NCBI GenBank assembly: GCA_002269645.1
Contig: NIVC01000032.1
Location: 496,001-560,000 of the forward strand
Direction of reading: 5' to 3'
Source of the DNA: Macrostomum lignano
Lineage: Eukaryota
DNA length: 64,000 nucleotides
Part shown: positions 57,901 to 64,000 of the stretch, piece by piece
Layout of the letters: each line of letters opens with the position of its first letter
How positions within the stretch are numbered: the first letter of the stretch is position 1
Notes under the pieces: generated by a model
Told to the model about the DNA's origin: nothing
Databases searched by the model: none
What the model saw: the letters and a program-made list of their open reading frames with translations, nothing else
Program-made: the position numbers and the translations under genes

Positions 57901-60900
57901 GCTGTCGTCCCACCGAGGCTGCAGGCGCGTGCCGGCCACCCGGCTCAGCGCATCCGGCACGACGTTGTCCCTGCCAGGCCGGTACAGCAGCTCGAACGAA
58001 AACTGCTGCAGCGTAGAAAGCCATCGCGCCAGCCGACCTTCGGGGTCCTTCGTTGTCAGCAGACCTTGCAGTGGCCGGTGGTCCAAGTAGACTCTGAAGC
58101 TCGGGACACTCAGCAGGTACGTCCTGAAGTGCTTCAGACTCCAGACCAGCGCCAGCAGCTCGCGGTCGGTCGCCGAGTAGTTGCGCTCGGCCTTGTTGAG
58201 GGTGCGAGAGGCGAACGCCACAGGCAGCTCGGCGTCACCGTGCAGCTGGCTGAGCACCGCGCCGACGGCGAACTGACTGCTGTCGCAGCTGAGCACGAAC
58301 TGCTTGGTAAAATCCGGCAGCCTCAGCACCGGAGCCGTCGTCAGCCGGTCCTTCAACTCTCGCAGCCGCTCGCAGTCGCTGCTCCACGCGAAGTCCCTCG
58401 ATTTCACGCTGACGTCGTGCAGGACCCTCGCCGTCTGGCTGAAGCCTGGGATGAACCGACGGTAGAACCCCAGCATTCCAAGAAACCGCTTCACCTCCTC
58501 GGTCGTCGTTGGGCTGGGCATGCTGCGAATGGCATCGACCTTGCCGGGATCCGGGGCAATGCCCTGCTCGCTGATCAGGTGTCCCAGGTACAGCACCCGG
58601 CGATGGCCGAACGCGCTCTTGGCCTTGTGCAGCTTGAGTCGCGCGTCTCGCAACCGCTTAAAAACTTCCGCCAGCCTCTCTAAGTGCTCGTCTAACGTCC
58701 TGCTGAAGACAATGATGTCGTCGATATAAGTCAGCACGGACTCCCAGGACAGGCCGGACATCACCAGCTCCATGAGCCGCTGGAACGTCGCCGGGGCATT
58801 GCACATCCCGAAGCCCATCTTGCAGAATTGCATCAGGCCGCGCGTCGAATAGAAAGCCGTCTTGTACCGGTCCTCCTCCGCCACCTCCACCTGGTGGTAG
58901 CCCTGCCGGCAGTCGATGGTGGAGAACCAGGAGCATCCGACAAGCGCATCCATGGCCTGCTGCAGGTGCGGCAGCGGGTACGCATCCTTGACCGTGCAGG
59001 CGTTGAGCTGCCGCCAGTCCGTGCACAGTCTAATGTCGCCGTTCTTCTTGCGGACCACCAGCAGGTTGCTGGCCCATGGTGATGTCGACGGCTCGATGAT
59101 GCCGCTTTCCAGCATCTGGCCGATCTTCTTGTCCACCTGGTCTCGCACAGACAGCGGCAGCCGGCGCTGGACCTGCCGGTGTGGCCGCGCTCCCGGCTCC
59201 AGCTCGATCTGGTGCTGCAGCAACGCCGTCGTGCCCAGGTCGTACTCGTGCCTGGCGAACAGGTCCTCGTTGCTCTCCAGTAGCTGTCGCAGCCTCGCAG
59301 CATCCGGTTCGGGCAGCTCCGCGTTTATGTTCCAACCGACAGGGTTCTCCTGGGCCGCCTCCTGGCGACCGTCCCCGTCTGTCATCGCGCCTTCGAACGT
59401 GCCGACCGCCTTGTTGGGGTACAGCAGCACGGGCTCCTCTGTCAGGTTGCACATTTTCACCGGGATGCGGCAGTCGTCCAAGACCGCTAGCACGCGGGCC
59501 GGCAGGACGGCAGTGGACTTCACGAAGTCCTCAGACGGCTCAAAGACTCCCTGCTCGCCGCTGGAATCCACCTTGAGCCACACCAGCTTCTCGCTGCGGG
59601 CGGGCAACTCCGTAGTTGCTGCCACCCGCGCCACCAGGACACTCGGCACCAGGCGACAGTCTGCTCTAGCCGGCTCGCTGCTGAAAGGCACAGCTGTGCT
59701 GTCGAACCTGACGACGCCTTCTTTAATGTCAATGGTCATCGCCTGCGACACCTCGCCGATGAAGTCCATGCCGATGATCAGGCTGGGCTGGATGCCGTCC
59801 ACGACTGTGAAGCGATGGCACACGCGGATGGTCTGGCCGATCGAAACATCCGCTGCTGACAGGCCAAGGCAGCGCAGCCGGGATCCGTCGACGGCCGTCG
59901 GCAGCGCACCGATGTCGGTGGAGTCGATCTTGCACTGCAGTCTGTCGAACAGCGACTTGTCCATCAACGAAACTTGCGCGCCGGTGTCGAGCAGAGCAGG
60001 CGCTGACACGCTGCCAAAGTGCACCTTCACGAAGACTGAAGGCGCTGATCTGAGGGCCCCTTTTGAGCGGGTCGGTGCTGGCCCCAGGCTGCCAACCCTC
60101 AGAAGTTTCCCTGTGGCTGACCAGTTGGTGTCGGGCACACCGCGGCGGAGTGACCCTTGCCTGAGCACCGGCTGCAGCGGCTGCCGATCGCCTTTGGGCA
60201 CCGCCTAGCGATGTGACCCGGCTCGCCGCAGCTAAAGCACTTACTGGGTCCCTTCTGACGCCTGTCTCTTCCGGGTTGTCCCGTTCGCACGCTGGCTGTC
60301 AGCTGCTGCATCTGCTACTCCAGCTGGCTCAGCCGTCTGTCTTCTACCGACACCGCGGCTGATGAGGCTGTAGTTGCGTGGCTCACCAGCTCAAGCTGCG
60401 CAGCTCTGTCGACGATGGCGGCCAGCGAACACGAGTCCGTGTCCTGGTCCTTCAACAGCGCATCTCTCACGGCAGATGGCAGGAGGCGCATCAGGCGAAA
60501 CTTCACGTCCTTTTCCCGAGCCGCCACGGAGTCGTCCGGGCGGGCCCGAAGGTGGAGAAGCTTCAGGCTGTAGGCGAGCTCCCTCAGCGACTCGTTGGGC
60601 TGTCGCTTTCGCTCTACAAAATCCTCCATTGCTCTGTAGCAGCTCAGACTGTTGCCGAAGCACTCGATCAGCTTCTCCTTCAGCCTTTCATAGCTGGCTG
60701 ACACGTCTGCCGGCTGCTCCCAGACGAAGATTTGCGCTTCTCCTGTCACCAGCAGTCTCAGCTTCTTTGCCTTCTTCTTGTCGTCCCATTCACAGTCGTC
60801 GGCGAAGTCTTCAAACGTGCTTAGCCACATTCTCACGTTGGAGTCGCCGCTGAACTTTGGAGGCAATAAACTGGCTTGCTCTGATTTGGCCATACTGAGA

Positions 60901-62190
60901 CCGCTGCCACCAGTGTAAGACCGTGGGTTGAATTGCAGTGAAGAACACAACACGTGAGGAGACCTCACTGGCTCACGCCAATATATTTAATACCAAAGTT
61001 GGGGTGGGTGTAACCACCCCAAGCACGCACACGCTGCAGCTCTAAACGCCAACCCCCAAAACAGCCAGACGTGCACATCTAAGTGCACGCGCACCAACAA
61101 GCCAGCCTACACTTAGCAAATGTGTAGTCAATTAGCAGCCAATGAGCAGCCAATGAGCAGTCCATCTCAAGACCTCCGACTCGCCTTGCTGACGCACCGA
61201 CAGTGCAGCTGCAGCTGCGCGACCTTCTGCCCGACAATCTCCAGCGGTTCGTGAACTACGATGGAGCCTTCACCACCCCTGGCTGCAACCCGGTGGCGCA
61301 GTGGCACCTCTTTACCGACATGATGAAGATCCGCAAGGAGCTGGTGAGAACTCGTTATTGATCAGGCTGTAGATCAGGCTATAGATCAGGCTGAAGATCA
61401 AACTGTAGATCAGGCTGTAGATCAGACTGTAGATCAGGCTATAGATCAGGCTGTAGATCAGGCTATAGATCAGACTGTAGATCAGGCTGTAGATCAGGCT
61501 GTAGATCAGGCTATAGATCAGGCTGTAGATCAGGCTATAGATCAGGCTGTAGATCAGGCTGCAGATCAGGCTGTAGATCAGGCTATAGACCAGGCTGTAG
61601 ATCAGGCTGCAGATCAGGCTGTAGATCAGGCTGCAGATCAGACTGTAGATCAGGCTGTAGATCAGGCTGTAGATCAGGCTGCAGATCAGACTGTAGATCA
61701 GGCTGTAGATCAGGCTGCAGATCAGGCTGTAGATCAGGCTGCAGATCAGGCTGTAGATCAGGCTATAGACCAGGCTGTAGATCAGGCTGCAGATCAGGCT
61801 GTAGATCAGGCTGTAGATCAGGCTGTAGATCAGGCTGCAGATCAGACTGTAGATCAGGCTGTAGATCAGGCTGCAGATCAGGCTGTAGATCAGGCTATAG
61901 ACCAGGCTGTAGATCAGGCTGCAGATCAGGCTGTAGATCAGGCTGCAGATCAGACTGTAGATCAGGCTGTAGATCAGGCTGCAGATCAGACTGTAGATCA
62001 GGCTGTAGATCAGGCTGTAGATCAGACTGTAGATCAGGCTCACATGAACCCCCCCCCTGCACCTCTCCAGCTGTTGCAGTTCACAACGGCTTTTTTTGAC
62101 AAAGCCAAGACTCGCCCAATGGTGAACAATTTCCGCCCCGTGATGAGCCGGCATGGTCGAGAGATTCGCTGCAGCTTTGGCAGCAGTTAG
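54929..62190 (+). CDS. Alpha-carbonic anhydrase-like gene, 3' exons only (54929-54983, 61204-61343, 62071-62190); 5' exons unresolved, possibly pseudogenised
   Basis: Spliced translation ...[33 protein letters not shown]...[21 protein letters not shown] matches the alpha-CA C-terminal motifs (LLP, GSLTTP.C, W..F, N.RP.Q...R); phases 1 and 0 are consistent. The first listed exon is less certain. Confidence 0.72.
55122..55321 (-). repeat. 3' LTR (200 bp)
   Basis: Direct repeat of 60914-61111. Confidence 0.97.
55322..55334 (-). promoter_or_regulatory. Polypurine tract (AGGGGGAAAGTAG)
   Basis: Purine run abutting the 3' LTR on the minus strand. Confidence 0.85.
55560..56591. mobile_element. Foldback-like DNA transposon (1032 bp, ~297-bp TIRs, 8-bp TSD), nested in the Gypsy integrase
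   Basis: TIRs 55560-55858 and 56297-56591 begin CAAGGACTTCTAG (7 substitutions and 2 small indels by my count); TSD TGTCGGAG at 55552-55559 and 56592-56599. Confidence 0.95.
60050..60111 (-). promoter_or_regulatory. Candidate -1 ribosomal frameshift signal (G GGA AAC heptamer plus downstream stem/pseudoknot)
   Basis: Heptamer at 60105-60111 in the correct gag phase, with pol in the -1 frame; stem GGGTTGG/CCGACCC starts 6 nt downstream. Confidence 0.75.
60099..60893 (-). pseudogene. gag: Gypsy gag with two CCHC knuckles and an in-frame TAG at 60315-60317
   Basis: PPKFSGD...WLSTFE capsid-like start; in-frame continuation [14 protein letters not shown] and [14 protein letters not shown] after the stop. 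Confidence 0.88.
60900..60912 (-). promoter_or_regulatory. Primer-binding site TGGTGGCAGCGGT (tRNA-Leu-like)
   Basis: 1 nt inside the 5' LTR; complementary to the 3' end ACCGCUGCCACCA that I recall for eukaryotic tRNA-Leu(AAG/UAG). Confidence 0.8.
60914..61111 (-). repeat. 5' LTR (198 bp)
   Basis: Direct repeat of 55122-55321. Confidence 0.97.
61360..62040. repeat. 12-bp tandem repeat (GATCAGGCTGTA) filling the last carbonic anhydrase intron
   Basis: Direct periodicity between donor 61344 and acceptor 62070. Confidence 0.97.
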
Positions 62191-63014
62191 AAGCGGCCGA
62201 GGGCTTCGAATGTTGTCTCCGGCTTTTAAAGTACACTCAGGATAAAGTGACTGAACTCTGACAGAACTATGAGGTTTCTGGTTTACTAATAACACTTTCC
62301 GGGTTTTTCGGAGTCATTTTTGTTATACTGTTAAGAAACTGTTTATTTTAGTTTTGAAGTCTTTTTTTGTTTTACTATTTAGAAAATATCCGGTTTAGGA
62401 CGCGCGAAAATTTGAAACGATTGAAACAGCTCTTCTTGATTGTGTTGGTGGGTTTATTCTAATTAACTGGGTCGTTTTTTATCGTTTTCTGTTTCTTTAT
62501 TCTTTAGCATTATGTCCACCCATCGACAAGTGATGTCATTGGTGGTTTAGCAACGTGTGAAGTAGGCACAAGCAGGCAGAAGTGCCGTTATTTTTCGTGG
62601 CATTGGGGACGCCATTTTGTTTAAATGGGTATGAATTCGTTTGAATGGGCGTGACTTTGTTTGAATTGTTTTTTGTTTGTTTGCAATGTCACTGGGTTAA
62701 TGTCGCTGCAATACCCTTAAGCAGATGAGAGTTCAGTCCCTGCTGGCAAAAGCGATCTTCCAGTCCTCACCCGCAGCAAGAAATAAACAAATTCGCTTTG
62801 CCTCGCACAGAGCCAAACGCGCAGATGCTTTGCGCCCTCTGCAGCTGGGAAAATGCGCGGTCTCTGGGCTGCGAACTGTCACCTGCCCTGTGCCAATGTA
62901 AACTGTGAGTCCCCACCCATACTGCCGCTGCCGCTCGCGTACTTAAAAGGCAGCCCTGTGCTAGCCACCAGCTTTCGCTTTTAAACAAAAAATTGAAAGA
63001 CCTGCGGTATTGCA

Positions 63015-64000
63015 ATGAATCTTGGAGACTCCAGCGACAGCTCGAGTTCGGACGCGCCTCCCGCTACCCCAACTCCTCTCTGCATCATCTGCGACCAAGC
63101 TGCAGTCGGTGTGGCTCCGTTCTCCCGCTGCCACATGTGCAGTCAACACCTCAGTGTCGATGTGGCCAATCTATTCAAGCTCAAGGAGGAGGTCGAAGAG
63201 CTGCTGCGTGCCTACTCACAAGAGTCACAAGAGTCACAAGACTCACAAGACTCACAAGAGTCACAAGAGTCACAAGAGTCACAAGACTCACAACAGTCAC
63301 AAGAGTCACAAGGCGCAGCAGGTGCAGATAGCCGTGCAGCGCTGCTGCGACACCGACAAGACGCTGAGTCGCTGCGTCGTCTCGCTCTCGACATCCAACA
63401 GCAGCTGCAAGACGTCAATCACAAATTCGATTTGGTACAGCAACACATCGACTCGTTTCGTAGCAGGGTGACGGGCCAGCTCTCAGGTGTACTTGAGGCA
63501 GTGCGTGTGTGCGAGCGGGACCTCGAGGACGTCTCCAGCTACAAGCAGGAGGTGGCCACGGCGGAGGCTGCAGGCGACATGGCGGAGCTGCTTCAACTGG
63601 TGCAGTCCATGCACGAATCGCTTGGAGACTTGGAGGCCGACTTTGAGAGGTCAGAGCGGCTGCTCAGAGACCAGAGCGACAATGAGGAGCTGCAGCTGCG
63701 GCTTCTGGGCCAGCTTGAGCGGCTGGTCGGCATTTGTGCGGGACGCAGTGGAGAGGGCGACTGGTCGAGAGACGCTGCGGTGACCGCGACATCCGATGAG
63801 ATAGACGCTGCTCACAGACTGCTGTTCGATCCGATGGTCTTCAGTCACGAGGTGAAGCTGGATGACCGTGTTGAATACCTGGCTGTGTGCAGCGACACCA
63901 GCGGATTCGTTGGTGACCGGTCAGGCCGTGTGGTTCCCGCCGACTCAGCGGGAGACGGCAGCGAGGCTCTGCCTCAGCCCTGCATCCTGGCATCATTTCT
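63015..64000 (+). CDS. Zinc-motif / coiled-coil / NHL-type propeller protein, paralogue 3 (runs off the window end)
   Basis: ATG AAT CTT GGA... open to the window end; nearly identical to 48064 onward (CIICDQAAVGVAPFSRCHMCSQHL). Absent from the ORF track because no stop lies within the window. Confidence 0.88.
   Translation, partial: MNLGDSSDSSSSDAPPATPTPLCIICDQAAVGVAPFSRCHMCSQHLSVDVANLFKLKEEVEELLRAYSQESQESQDSQDSQESQESQESQDSQQSQESQGAAGADSRAALLRHRQDAESLRRLALDIQQQLQDVNHKFDLVQQHIDSFRSRVTGQLSGVLEAVRVCERDLEDVSSYKQEVATAEAAGDMAELLQLVQSMHESLGDLEADFERSERLLRDQSDNEELQLRLLGQLERLVGICAGRSGEGDWSRDAAVTATSDEIDAAHRLLFDPMVFSHEVKLDDRVEYLAVCSDTSGFVGDRSGRVVPADSAGDGSEALPQPCILASF

Larger units (their letters stand above)
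55358..60111 (-). pseudogene. pol: Gypsy pol (protease, RT, RNase H, integrase), interrupted by the 55560-56591 insertion and a compensating frameshift pair in IN
   Basis: [54 protein letters not shown]; removing the insertion restores the C-terminus ...[18 protein letters not shown]. Confidence 0.92.
55122..61111 (-). mobile_element. Ty3/Gypsy LTR retrotransposon, full length, recently inserted, antisense in a carbonic anhydrase intron
   Basis: TG...CA LTRs at 55122-55321 and 60914-61111 differ by only 2 substitutions and one 2-bp indel; 5-bp TSD CTTAG; gag and PR-RT-RH-IN order. Confidence 0.97.

Noticed and set aside
56579-60208. Long plus-strand ORFs overlapping Gypsy pol (379, 430, 263 aa)
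   Set aside because: Antisense shadows of a GC-rich coding region; no recognisable domains.
61312-62295. 327-aa SLIY ORF
   Set aside because: Antisense translation of the 12-bp repeat.

Overview
Eukaryotic (animal) genomic DNA. Short GT-AG introns packed with minisatellites and Ala/Gln/Gly-rich proteins suggest a flatworm such as Macrostomum (inference only; no search was run). Host genes: SFT2D3-like, a divergent 5-exon ILK-like pseudokinase, RASL10-like GTPase (the only minus-strand host gene), FAM8A1-like, RSU1 (no in-frame AUG visible), SEH1L, CCDC174-like, the 3' exons of an alpha-carbonic anhydrase, and three intronless paralogues of a zinc-motif/coiled-coil/NHL-propeller gene. Mobile DNA: a Tc1 remnant, an internally deleted mariner, an internally deleted RTE-like LINE, an unclassified TA-flanked TIR element with a nested hAT-type MITE, and a young Ty3/Gypsy LTR element carrying a nested 1-kb foldback element. 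More than 20 different tandem arrays fill most introns and spacers; most of the very long ORFs in the track (apart from Gypsy pol) are repeat artefacts. Most interesting leads: (1) the NHL paralogue family, with substitutions clustered at the start of the propeller and one copy bracketed by long diverged inverted repeats; (2) several satellites whose units look like splice signals and sit next to real splice sites; (3) the AUG-less RSU1 start. Exon models were spliced and frame-checked by hand; repeat boundaries are approximate.
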